64,000 nt of DNA, from the NCBI GenBank assembly GCA_002269645.1, contig NIVC01001982.1, positions 1 to 64,000 of the forward strand, given 5' to 3'. Below are positions 22,812-34,164 of this stretch, piece by piece. Under the pieces are notes generated by a model, which saw nothing but the letters and a program-made list of their open reading frames with translations, ran no database searches and had not been told where the DNA came from. The position numbers and the translations under genes were made by a program. This DNA comes from Macrostomum lignano (lineage: Eukaryota). How positions within the stretch are numbered: position 1 is the first letter of the stretch; each line of letters starts with the position of its first letter.

Positions 22812-25800
22812 TCGCCATAAATGTTGATCTTAAGCTTTATTTATTAACCGCAATCTTCTGTAATTGTTTTAATTAGTGACAGCATCAGTAATTTTATTAT
22901 CTAGTCTGCTAAATAACAACTAAACCTGATAAACCTTAGTTTGCTAATATTTATTCGTTTGAACCAAGGCCATAGTATTTCTTGAGTCATTTGCCCATGG
23001 GGCATAAAATAACCCAAAGTTCTCAGCTCAAAGAAAGCTCCGAAACTTATTCATTCTATAATACATAAATTATGGTGGTGGCAGCAACTACCCTACTGAA
23101 AATAATAAGCTTAGCAAATCAATGCATTAATTTTATCAGCACCAAAAGCTCTGGTATCTACCATTTGAACGACTGTGCCGCTAACGACTGTTCTGCTACG
23201 ATTACGACCACCCTCCCCCTAGACTTGAGAACCCAGCACTTGGAGTAAAACAGGAGAAAGATTTTGTTATGATTCGTCTGCACAATTTTCAGGTTTTATT
23301 TGTGCGAACACAATACCAGCGGCAATTTAAAACATGGAATCCGCCCCATCTCACTAGTGTCAGCAATTAAATTCAAACCAACCAATTTCTCAAGAAACTT
23401 TCTCCACCCCCACCTCACAATCTTTTGTTGCATTTCCCTGACTAGAAATAAAGGTGACTATTATCAATGACCATTTTGACAATTTAACTTACTTTATATT
23501 TGAATAAAATGGATAATTTAAATAACTGCATTTTATATTATTTGTAAAAGTACAAAAACTTGTATTTTTAATAATTTTGTTTTTAATTAAACACATGATA
23601 CACGAACCAATAGGACAAGATTTTGTCTACTATAAATACAAGGCCAAAATAGAACATTTCTTTAACCTTTTGGGTTCAATATGTGGCAGTTAGGTGCCAC
23701 TAGTGAAACTTGATTAACAATTTACTCTAGTAACTTTTAAATTGCATGCACAAGAAACATTAATTTTGTGTCCACTCAGTGAATATTGGCATTCTATTTC
23801 TGTTAAGTGGATATCCAGCTACTGTATGTGGCTTCCATCCTTTAGACAGTGCGTGTTCCCCTTCATTGGATTTTTGTTATAATTATTCTTTCCTCATTGC
23901 GACAAAGCCGTCCACCCGATGTATCCACGCATTGTATTTTAATCCAACGGCCAGTCCAGTGCCTCCTCCAATTAATGTTCATGCTATTTTCTCACTATTT
24001 AATCTGCTCATGACGAATCGTCTCAAGTACCTACGACTTCTTCACGCATCGGCATCTACTTCGATCATCGCGCCAAATAGATCATGAAAGTCAGCGATGG
24101 CCAGATCAGGGCTGCATATACATGTATGCGCTAGAAGACATGTTGATTCTTAACAGATCTTATCTCTATCTTCTCGTCGGGTTGCTGCGCAAGTACTTTC
24201 AAGAACGTTCAAGATCTTCGCTTTGATTAATACTTAGGTAAACCAGATCTGGGCGACTTGCTAGCGTACTAGATCAAATAACTTTTACATGTATATCTTT
24301 TTATATAGCTTCGAATCGAATATTCTATTAAATTTATTGTCCCATTTTGCCATAAAATAAAAAATAACGAAGCTAGAACACTCTTGGCCAAATGAATGAC
24401 AAAACAAATGTACATCCCTTCAATTAGAAGATCCTGCAAGAACCGAGCAGATTGAGAAGATCTGCTAAGAATGGCACAGAGCAGAGACAAGGATCTGCTA
24501 AGTTTGAGAAACAGAATGTCCTCTGGGGAAGTGGCGCTAGCTGGCTCTCCTTTGATCCGAACTCCGATTAGTTGATAGTCATTAGTTGTAGCAATTGCCA
24601 CGAATTTGAGAAGCGAATTATTTTCTTATGGTGAAACCTCAAATGAATAAATTTTGCGCAGATGCCATGTCGTTTGCGCCTCTGCGCAGACGACATGGCT
24701 TGCAAATTGTGGTGGCCGACTTTGAAAAAGGTCGCTTGGATGGACCAGCTGGGCGGCGCAGCGATAAAAGTACCGCGTTAGCCAACCGCCGTCACTGATC
24801 TCGATACACTATACCACCTGATACTGAGCTGATGGGCCGTCGCCTCATCAGACCATTTTTGGCAGGCGATCAATGGGGGGGGGTACGTCACTGAGCCACA
24901 GATCCGATAACGGACGTCGGGGGAAACATACGGCCGCTGGGTGTCGATAAAAATTTTAGCATTAGTAAAACTGTACCTGCAATTTTGTAGTGCCTCAGAA
25001 CTAAAATGCCTAAAAATTTTTGTTTTCATGGAAATACTTTCTTAATTCTGTCAATTTAAATCAACTCAGGTACACAGATAGAATAAAAAGCGGGCGTGCC
25101 TCGTAGGCCTAGATAGTTATAAATTTGACGATGAGTCATTTCTCTAAAAAATCAGGAAAAATGCTACAAAATTACGTATAAGTTCCTACACGTACAATTG
25201 CAATTTATTTTAAAACAGACACTGAAGCGTCGCACGCTATAATTAAAATCCTTGTGCTTTTAGAACGGAACAATTTTTAATACTCGTAGTTTTTTTATCT
25301 TTTTAGGAATTACGAGTTGTCACCTGAATTAAAAATAACTTTATTCACTTTTTGCCTGTAAAAAGTTATATATTTAAACTGGTGTAGGTTGCCTTGCCTT
25401 CCTGCAGTGGTCAGGCTGTGGTGCAGAAATAGTCTAAAACAAATCAACGATGATTGCTCATTTAAGGCAGTAATTCACTCCATACTATAGCAATCCCGCC
25501 CGTCTCGTACGTGACACTACGGAATTGACGCTATAGCGTAATGGCTATAAAAAACATATTAAAAATGCTAAAAAAAGCAACTACACATGATCTACAAACT
25601 CGCATGCAGCGGTAGGTGTACAGTCATGGGACGATTTTATATTGCTCTATTGTAAATGCGCCCATTGTTTACTTTTTTAGTAACGTACGTCACCACTAAC
25701 ACTGTGTGCGCTGGCTTGTGCGTCAGCTGAAACACTATAAACAGCTGCAGTAATTGCGAATGATAAAAAAGGAAGAGAAGACAGGAAAGAAAGACAGAAG

Positions 25801-25847
25801 AAAAGCTAGCACAGAATTTCAGCTTTTGAATAACACATCTAGCCCGC

Positions 25848-25875
25848 TATAAAACGCAGGTCTTTCTGTCCACAG
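25848..25875 (+). promoter_or_regulatory. Possible TATA box (TATAAAA 25848-25854) and 3' splice-acceptor-like TCTTTCTGTCCACAG upstream of the Apaf-1-like start
   Basis: Motif match and position only. Confidence 0.3.
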
Positions 25876-25953
25876 CCGAGGGCAAGTGGATAATCGTCAA
25901 GAGAGAATTTGCAATTGCAACTTTCGGCTAGCAGCATTCAAGACCCAACAAGA

Positions 25954-28900
25954 ATGGAGTCGCAGAAGAGGGCGGCTCTGCTGGCGCTGAAAGGAAGCGC
26001 CATTTCTGACGTTGACGTGCGAGACATCGAGGACGAGTTGATTAGCAAAGGAGTGCTCAGCGTCGCCGATAAGGAGCGCATTCATGCAGCGAAGTCCACC
26101 GGTCAGCAGACCAATACTTTAGTTGACATTATCGTGGAAAGAAATAAACCGCACTCGTTCGAAATCTTTCTTGACAGCATCAAAGCCCCATATGAGCACG
26201 TATGGCAGAAGCTTGTCGAAGCTAAGAGCAGTCCGCAGACAGCACTAAACTCAGACCAATGCGAAGCAATCTTCATTGAAGGCGGCATCCCAGTCCTGCC
26301 TCAAGGAAACGTTGAATTGGAATTCGTTGTCCAGCTCAAGGATCACCTGGTCAAACTGTCGCAAAGGCGAGACGGCGGCTGGATCGTCATCTGGGGCCAG
26401 GCCGGCTCTGGCAAGTCGATCATGGCCGCTCAGGCCGTCCGAGGCTTCTGCAGTTCTCAGAGACGGATCGCCGCCTATTTCTACAACAAAGTGTTCTGGG
26501 TGCACATTGGTAAGCTGTCAAACAATGACAAAGAGCGAGATGCCCAGCTGCTGTTAAAGATGCAAAATTTTTGCAAGCGCCTCGATAGTAGCAGCAGATT
26601 TCAACCGCCAGTTGATCTTGAAGCGGCTCGAGACATGCTGCGATCTACTCTGATCAAGAACTATCCAATCTGCCTAATTATTCTCGACGATGTCTGGGAT
26701 CCCATGGTACCAAAGTTCTTCAACGTACAGGCGCGAATTCTCATCACTAGCAGGTCTTCGGACATTCTCAGTAGAGTGCAGCGCGGCGAGCACGGCCGAA
26801 CCGAGACCATTCACGTAGATAGAGGATTCACGGAGAGTTCCAGCATCAGCCTACTCAACCAAATGGTTCTTCAAGAGGGAGAACGGCCCAACAGCGAAAC
26901 AACGAGCTGCTTCAAGCGCATTCACGAGGGTTGCAATGGAAGCCCTTTCGTAGTTTCTATTTTTGGCAGCCTGCTCTCCCAGAGCAGCATGTCCAGATTT
27001 GAGTACTTCTTTAAAAAGTACAAAAACACCGCATTCAGCTCCGAAAACGTGGAGGCCGGGGACTATCACTACGAGAACATCAGCGATGCCATCATGGTCA
27101 GCGTAGAGGATCTACAAGAAGACGACAAGAGTTTGTATCTGCGACTGTCGATCTTCATGAGCAACAGTCTTCTCTCGCCGGCGTTCCTATCCGCCTACTG
27201 CTGGACTGACCTAGATGAAGAGGAAGCTCGCGAGACTTTGGAGAAGTTCGTTCGCCGATCCATTGCTACCGAAGAGAAGATCAAGGCGGACATGCAGACT
27301 TTCACTCTGCATGACATTATTGTGTCCGGTTTGCAATCAAAGTTCCAAAAGGAGACAGCTCAATACAATAGCGAGTTCGTTAAGAACGTCCTGCAGAGTA
27401 GAGAAGACTGCTCCAGCTGGCATGACATGGAAGACGACTGTAACTACTTGGCCGAGAATTTTGTGTACCATCTGGTCATTGATAGCCATGTGCCGATTGA
27501 TGATAAAAAGGACCTGCTGCTTGACTTTGACTTCCTGTCCTGGCTTTGCTGTAGCATTGGTCCTGACAGTCTAGCATTTTGCTATCGATTCGCGCTAAAG
27601 GCGCTTAAACTGGGCGACACTTGGCAAGAAATGGATAAGTTCATCCGTTCGCCAGTCTTTCGAATCCAGAGCCTCGGCCTTGCCGGCGGTCAATCAACTT
27701 CGACATCTTCTTTGGTTCAGCTCGCGCTGAGCTTCGCCGAGGGTGACAGTCTGCAGCAGCATGTCAAGGAATGGGTCTTCCAGCACGAGCATAGTGCCTG
27801 CTTCTTCCACTGGATGAATAAGGCACAAACGGAAGAACAGATTATGGACACTCTGGAGCTCGGCTGCAACGTCACGTCTTACACCTTGAACGACGAATTA
27901 ACTCACGTCGCTGTTGTAAGCGATTGCTCAGTCGTTATCAAAGATTTAAACTCGAGAAGTACCCTGTACCGCCGCCAGGACAAGGAGTTCGACAATGACC
28001 CAGTAGTGACCGCCTTCTTTGGTTCTGACAAAGAATCAATTTGGCTACTCACGGCGTCGAGACTAGTAAGATACCGGCTCCCGGAATTCGCTCTTGAAAC
28101 CAACAGTTTGATGTCACCAGCGTTGCCAGGTCACAACAAGCGCTACACGATGCTTTTTCCTATTGAACGACCACGGACTAGAACGTACAGCAGCGAGAAG
28201 GAAGAAGAAAGGGCGCCGGCGCAACTTGTGTGGCAAGACGAGAAACGACCAGACGACGAATTTACGGCAATGTGTTTTACCGACGATCAGAAACTTATTG
28301 TCGGTAGCCAGAACGGAAGAATTTACGAGTTGACTGTCACAAGTACATTTATTAATTGTTGCTATGACTACCAGATCGACATGCAAGCCACGGATGAGTT
28401 GTGCGTAAGACACATTGCTAGTAGAGATTCTTCTATCGCAGTCAGCGGACCGGACTACTGCGTGTACGTATACGAAACAAGGCCAAATGACAACGTGACG
28501 TCGTCCAGTGTTCGAAAGTACACCGGCTTCCAGGAACTGCGCGAGCCACCGATCCAGTCTGTGCTAGGCGTGCTAGGCCAGTCCAAATGGATCATTTCGA
28601 TCTCAAAGCACGAAATCCGTCTATGGGACTCTTTTACGCTAGACACTTTACTGACTGAGCAGTGCCAGAATTATACCGAGTTCACAAGTCTCGCATTGTC
28701 CAAGGATGGCGCTCATCTGGCAGTGAGCACAAGCCGGGCTCATATTTACCTCTACCGAGTGGCCACTGACGCTTCTGTGATTGGTAGCGGTGCCACGCTA
28801 GAGCTGGTCGACGAACTCAATGGAACAGGCACTAGGGCTCGCTGTCTGACGTTCCAATCCAAGTATCTATTTTCTCTGTCGGAGGTTTCAAGCGAAAGTG

Positions 28901-30180
28901 TCTTAACTAAATGGATCGTCCGCGTTACCTCTTCGTCGCCCTGCTTTCAACGAAAAGTGAATAGGCAAAGCTCCATTTTCTTTGGGAACGAGTGCTGCAC
29001 TCTGCGATTGCGCACCGTCTATGACGCCGTGTCCACGCCAAACAATCGGATGGTGATGGCGTGCCAATCAGTGCGCAGGTCTCTGCTGATTCTGGAGTCG
29101 ACAGAAAATGGAAACCTTAAGCATATCGGAAAGTACAAGGGCGAGGGCTTCCAGCTAGGCAAGGTCTCGGCAGTCTGCATGGCTGCGGGCGGTAAGTCGG
29201 CAGTTTTTGCACTACCAAACGGCGTGGTAAAAGCAACAGAAGCCGAAGATGGTAGCTGGCAATTTACGTATAAAGTTGAACCGATCTGGATCCGCGATCT
29301 CGTGATGCTTCCTAGCAACCGCGGGTTCATTGGGTCGAACAGATGGAATCAGTTGGTAGTTTACGATGCCAATTTCCAACGCGTAAAAACCGAGAATATC
29401 TTTCACACGCATCTCCTACCGCTTCGTATGCCTCAAGCCATCGATAGCCACAAAGAAGCCAGGGCGGTAGTGCTAACTGAGTCCGATTGGAACTTCGTTA
29501 CGGAATCGCTGGATATCATCGCCAATGGAAGCATCGCTGAGGTGATCCAAGAGGACGCTACATTTCTGGTTAGTTTTGATGTCAGCGACGATGGTCGCTT
29601 TGGAGCCGGCGGCCTCAGCAATGGACGACTGGTGCTGTGGAACATTGCAACAAGAGAGGCAATCGCAGTAAAATCGCGCAGTGTTCAGCCATTGCGTTGC
29701 GTCAAATTCGCGCCGAGGAGTCACCTGCTGGCTGGCGCCTACGATGACGGTCGTTTCTCCCTGTGGCACCTGCCTACCATGGAGGTGAGAAATATTCAAA
29801 CACTGCTCGATTGTCATCCGGTGCCAACAACGCTTCAAGCAACTGGGGCCGATTGCGTCAGCGAGTCGAGTGTCAGCCTGGCCTGGTCAGTCAACTCCGG
29901 TTTCGTGAGCGACGGTAACACTCGCTACCGACTAGTGATGGCCTGCGATCGCTGCGTGTGGATTCTATGCTGCATGACTGATCAGGACTTCATCAAGCAC
30001 GACCAGTTGGACCCAGCTCGCATCAGCCTGGTGCCACTCTACAGCCGACAGGGCGTCAACAAGACGGTGGTCCTCGGTTCGGACGGCGAGGACCTGCTGT
30101 ACGTTGACAATTCGCACACCGTGTTTTGGCTTCGATCGATGAACAGTCTGCATGGACAGAGACGGTGCAGTGCACCTTGA
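25954..30180 (+). CDS. APAF1: Apaf-1-like apoptosome protein (CARD, NB-ARC, helical domains, WD40-like C-terminus), 1408 aa, intronless
   Basis: CARD-like first about 90 aa; Walker A GQAGSGKS; Walker B LIILDDVWD; ILITSRS; GSP (GxP); LHD motif; C-terminal WD-like repeats (VSFDVSDDGRFGAGGLSNGRLVLWN, CVKFAPRSHLLAGAYDDGRFSLW). First ATG at 25954; the track's TTG start at 25909 is unlikely. Confidence 0.92.
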   Translation: MESQKRAALLALKGSAISDVDVRDIEDELISKGVLSVADKERIHAAKSTGQQTNTLVDIIVERNKPHSFEIFLDSIKAPYEHVWQKLVEAKSSPQTALNSDQCEAIFIEGGIPVLPQGNVELEFVVQLKDHLVKLSQRRDGGWIVIWGQAGSGKSIMAAQAVRGFCSSQRRIAAYFYNKVFWVHIGKLSNNDKERDAQLLLKMQNFCKRLDSSSRFQPPVDLEAARDMLRSTLIKNYPICLIILDDVWDPMVPKFFNVQARILITSRSSDILSRVQRGEHGRTETIHVDRGFTESSSISLLNQMVLQEGERPNSETTSCFKRIHEGCNGSPFVVSIFGSLLSQSSMSRFEYFFKKYKNTAFSSENVEAGDYHYENISDAIMVSVEDLQEDDKSLYLRLSIFMSNSLLSPAFLSAYCWTDLDEEEARETLEKFVRRSIATEEKIKADMQTFTLHDIIVSGLQSKFQKETAQYNSEFVKNVLQSREDCSSWHDMEDDCNYLAENFVYHLVIDSHVPIDDKKDLLLDFDFLSWLCCSIGPDSLAFCYRFALKALKLGDTWQEMDKFIRSPVFRIQSLGLAGGQSTSTSSLVQLALSFAEGDSLQQHVKEWVFQHEHSACFFHWMNKAQTEEQIMDTLELGCNVTSYTLNDELTHVAVVSDCSVVIKDLNSRSTLYRRQDKEFDNDPVVTAFFGSDKESIWLLTASRLVRYRLPEFALETNSLMSPALPGHNKRYTMLFPIERPRTRTYSSEKEEERAPAQLVWQDEKRPDDEFTAMCFTDDQKLIVGSQNGRIYELTVTSTFINCCYDYQIDMQATDELCVRHIASRDSSIAVSGPDYCVYVYETRPNDNVTSSSVRKYTGFQELREPPIQSVLGVLGQSKWIISISKHEIRLWDSFTLDTLLTEQCQNYTEFTSLALSKDGAHLAVSTSRAHIYLYRVATDASVIGSGATLELVDELNGTGTRARCLTFQSKYLFSLSEVSSESVLTKWIVRVTSSSPCFQRKVNRQSSIFFGNECCTLRLRTVYDAVSTPNNRMVMACQSVRRSLLILESTENGNLKHIGKYKGEGFQLGKVSAVCMAAGGKSAVFALPNGVVKATEAEDGSWQFTYKVEPIWIRDLVMLPSNRGFIGSNRWNQLVVYDANFQRVKTENIFHTHLLPLRMPQAIDSHKEARAVVLTESDWNFVTESLDIIANGSIAEVIQEDATFLVSFDVSDDGRFGAGGLSNGRLVLWNIATREAIAVKSRSVQPLRCVKFAPRSHLLAGAYDDGRFSLWHLPTMEVRNIQTLLDCHPVPTTLQATGADCVSESSVSLAWSVNSGFVSDGNTRYRLVMACDRCVWILCCMTDQDFIKHDQLDPARISLVPLYSRQGVNKTVVLGSDGEDLLYVDNSHTVFWLRSMNSLHGQRRCSAP

Positions 30181-31062
30181 CAACTTGCTCTTTCAACCAC
30201 TTGTTTCTGTTGTACGATACTAATATTCAACTTTTCCGACTGTAAGTATTAATTTTTTTTGTTTCACTATAGCTTTAGCACTGGTAGTTAGAAGCTCTAA
30301 TTAGTGAAGTCAGTAGATCTGCAACAGAAAGTCTCGTGTAATTTTCGCTGTTAATATGCATATATTAGTCCACAACTGCATTGATCTGCTTAATTCCGTG
30401 TTAACCACTAAATTTTCAGTTGCCAAAAATTTAAGGCATTTTGATAAATTTGCTTACTGATACCTAAAACTATTTGTTTAACTGTCGACCCTTTTTGCAC
30501 AGGTTGAGACGGCCAGGCTTAGTTCCACGTTATTTAAAGTACGAATTGCACTCAAACTTAAAAGCTCTCTGCCAATAGTTGAGCATCAAACGTACTAAAT
30601 TAAATACTAACTACGTGGAACTAACCAACCTAGTCTTGATTTTTTGCTGTAATTTCATTAAATGTGTATAGTTTCTGCTGTTTATTAAAATAAAACAAAA
30701 CAATCACTAATTGGAAATTAAATGATTTTTTATATTTTGTGTTCGCAACGAAATCGACAGACAAGTTATATTTTAATTACACTGTCTACGTTAACACCAA
30801 CAAAAATGTTGGGGATAATAAAATACTTTTTTCAATGGCAAAAATCAGTTAAACAATAGGCAAAATTAAAAAAATATACACATATTTAGCTACGGTGACA
30901 AATCATGGGTTTCGAAGAAAGCAGTTAACAATAACGTTATTGATGCGTCGATTCAGAGAGGCAAAAGTTTTAATTAACAACTTTATTATGTCCAGACTCT
31001 GTGCCTACAATCAGAAATGTAAAAATATCCACAATCCAAAGACTCAAAAGTCAAATCAGAAA

Positions 31063-33717
31063 TCAACAACAGCAGCAGCAACCTTCTCTATCATCTGGGT
31101 CAACGTCAACAAACTGATTTTTAACGTCCAGCGCTTTCATCAAACCCTTCGACATGTAGTACGGCTTCTCCTTAGATCCGTCGTTTTTCGACACGTCAAC
31201 CATTGCGCAGAGGAACATCGTGTCCACCGCAAAGTCGAATACGCTAAAGAATAGCGAACATATGATCCAGGTAGAAATGCCGATTAAAATTACTGGCACA
31301 AAGAAATAGTGCAAGTCCACCTCTAGGGACGAGTGAATTCGGATTTGCCCGTTAAAGAAAAGGAAGGCCACAGCCGTGATGAGGCCTGTGACGATGAGCT
31401 TGCCAACGAATAGGACAAAACTGGTCACATTGTCCACCACCGCAAATCGAACGCAGTTATTAAGAATAATTCCGAACGCTTGTTTGGCAGCTAAGCAAAA
31501 GTTTTTACCGTTAATGGCTGTGACTATGTAAGCATTCTTGGTTAGAAACTTCAGAAACTTCTCCAGACACCAGAAGAAGCACTTCAAACAGCAGAAAATG
31601 AATTTTACAAACAGATTCTCTCGGCCTTTCAGTTTGCTCTCCAGATAGCTGAGAATGGCTCGGATGAATTTGACGATGGCAATGAGCAGAGAGCCGAACG
31701 CGACTGTGCCCAGATGGTAGCGAACTGCCCGAGCCAGCGAGTGGAGAATTGGCAGCGCCGGTATGTCCTTCGGCTTCTCCCAGGCCCAATAGTACGAGGC
31801 GAAGGCGCCAGCCAATACCAGCTGACCAAACGACACGACAAACGCGCTCAACCAGAAGCCCATAAATAAATTGTAGCCCTGCAGGTAATAGGACCATTCG
31901 TTGCTTCCGTACCGCACAAACTGACAGGTGACGAAATCGGTGGCATTGTCGCAGGGTTGACTTTCTCTACTGGTGCTGTTCGTCTGGGCAAACATCTTTT
32001 TACCAGTTGAGCCCAACAGAACTGCGTTCAAAGTGAACGCTGCGATGACAATAATTTGAAACAGCAGCGGCCAGATCGGAAAGAACAGGGCGCTGGAGAT
32101 CCCAGCGATGGCTTTGCTGGCCTCGCGGACCAGTGCAATGGCGAGCTGCAGTCGTTTTCGAAGGCATAGCAGAACTAGCAGAACAATGAGCATCACGATC
32201 CCGGATGTGATGCCGAACGCTAGCCAGGTCTCCTTGATTCTCAGATAGACGGAGAAGTTTGTAGTGAAGTAAGAATTGCCCAACGTGTCCTGAAACGACT
32301 GCAACGTCACGTCGAAGAAATATATCCAGAAACAGTAGCCGGAAATGGCGACAAAGACTAGGAAGAAGACTAGCAAACTGCCGTAGACCATGAAGGCGGC
32401 TGTGCAGCGAAGCAAGACGCACCAGATAAAAGCTACCACTGCTCCAATGCCGATGCCGCCAAGAATCAGGAACCGACTCGTCACCACATCGTTGAATGCG
32501 TCTTGGGCAACAGTAATTGTGCTTAGAAACAAGCTCAGGTAACTGCTGGCATTGGCAATGTCCGTGTACCGGATCTCTGTCAGGTTATCGCCAGTTCGCA
32601 GTGTGTTGCCGTCCTTCGATTCGATTCCAGCCAGCAGGTTGGGAATGTCAGCAAATATCGACGGTATGCAGCGGCCACCTACAGAAGTCGAATTCAAATA
32701 ATACGGAGCGCACAGGCCCTGACTGACCAGCTCGAACACGCTCAGCTGGGTATTGTTCTGCGGGTCGCCGTAGCGGCACACCATCTCCTGCTTTCGTCGA
32801 GCGACATCCCGAGAACTGCCCGGCGCCTCCTCCCGAGCCCACAGGTCCATCCAGGCCCAATTGCGATTCGGACACCGTTCGACGCACACCTGCGGATGAG
32901 AGGGGGAGCAGGGTAGCTTAGTCTCTGACTCTAATGCACACGTCAGAGTAACCTCCAAGGTTCGATGGCGTGCCATGGTGATGGCGCCACACCATCATGG
33001 TTGCCAGCACTAGGGGCGCCTGGGGTGCCAAAGCTGCTGTATAAGGCGGCGCCATGGCTTCTGCCAGCCTACTGACCCGTGCAACATTCCGACATCCGCC
33101 GCGAAGTATCCGAGGTAACCGACGGCGATAGATAACTTTTAGCGATCGACATCGGATTGCTCTACAGATGTGGTAGAAGCGGGGTAGAGCTACGCCCCTG
33201 GGCCCAACCCCCATGAGAAAGTCAAGGCCGCTGTGCTCATCCAGGGTTCAGGCGGCATCACTGCGGCAGTGTCAAAGCAACTGATCCCCTGTAAACATCA
33301 TTGTGCATGTACACGTAATTAAACTAACTGACTGACCTGCGGAGTTGGGCAGCCGCCCGCTATGATAGCTCTCGGGCCCATCTTGAAGCATTCGAGCAGG
33401 TCGAAGAACACCAGGTGGCGCTGGTTGGCAGTCTGATTGGATCGGCCGCACAAATTGCCTTGCGAATCGGTAGGGTAGATCAGTGTGTAAGGATCTCCTT
33501 GACTAGCGAAATAGGCCACCACTCCTAGGCCGCAGATGAACACAATGAACAGAACCAGGCAGACAACGTCTGTGCAGCTGCGATCCTTCATCTTGATCCG
33601 ATAGGCCTGGTCTTCGTCGGCCTTCTGCTGGCGGGCCGACGAACCGCGCTCCTGCATCTCGACATCGTTGCCCGCTGTCGTGTCGTCGGGCTCACCTCCA
33701 GAGCAGCAGCAGCTCAT
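31063..33717 (-). CDS. SLC44A: Choline transporter-like protein (SLC44/CTL family, CTL2/4/5-like), 2 coding exons: 33717-33337 and 32889-31063; 735 aa
   Basis: RSCTDVVCLVLF, GDP..LIYPTDSQGNLCG, CPTPQ|VCVERCP, GAFASYYWA, YHLGTVAFGSL, CCLKCFFWCLEKFLKFL.KNAYI, AVDT.FLC...D; phase-0 intron GTCAGT...CCGCAG. Confidence 0.95.
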
Positions 33718-34164
33718 GATGAAGTTCTAACTAATCAATGTCGCTTAGTTACAGAAGCTATACAATCGAAATTAAATGTATGTTGCCTGACAAAGTCGAA
33801 AAATAGCAACGCCCAGAAGAAGTTTCCAAAAGCTATATTATATACGTAGTTTAGACCGCTATTGCTGGTCTATTGATAAGAAGCAGGACTAAATTTTTTT
33901 CTCTCTGTTTTTCTGTCCTACAAAGTATTTGGTGGCAGTTTGGTGAGTCAGTTGATAAGAAGCACTTTCAGTGACAGTTATAAAACTGTGTTGTGGTGGT
34001 TTTTGCAGGCATATAGCTGGGGAGTACACGTTCTCTCGCATTGCAGTAACTAAAGGCTATTCAGATTTTTGTGTACACAGGACGCCAACTAAAAATTGGA
34101 ATTAAAAACACGGATGCGGTGTTGGTTAAAAGATTTTAATTCAAACTGGGATTAGAGCTAGAAT

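Larger units (their letters stand above)
21464..22842 (+). mobile_element. 5'-truncated Penelope/Poseidon-type PLE with an inverted 5' pLTR; candidate 12-bp TSD ATTAACCGCAAT (21452-21463 and 22843-22854)
   Basis: ORF 21846-22562 holds the thumb end, linker PVMILPFYG and GIY-YIG VVYKFCC...SYVGKTKRHLHARVREH...LEVLHIK. About 21491-21905 is the reverse complement of the 3' end (about 22430-22844). Confidence 0.92.

Noticed and set aside
23779-25029. Short ORFs between the Penelope insertion and the Apaf-1-like gene
   Set aside because: No recognisable motifs and no consistent splice model found by eye.
32918-33214. 98-aa ORF, and the N-terminal extension of ORF 31063-32976
   Set aside because: Both lie inside the SLC44 intron (32890-33336), defined by the conserved CPTPQ|VCV junction; no recognisable domain.
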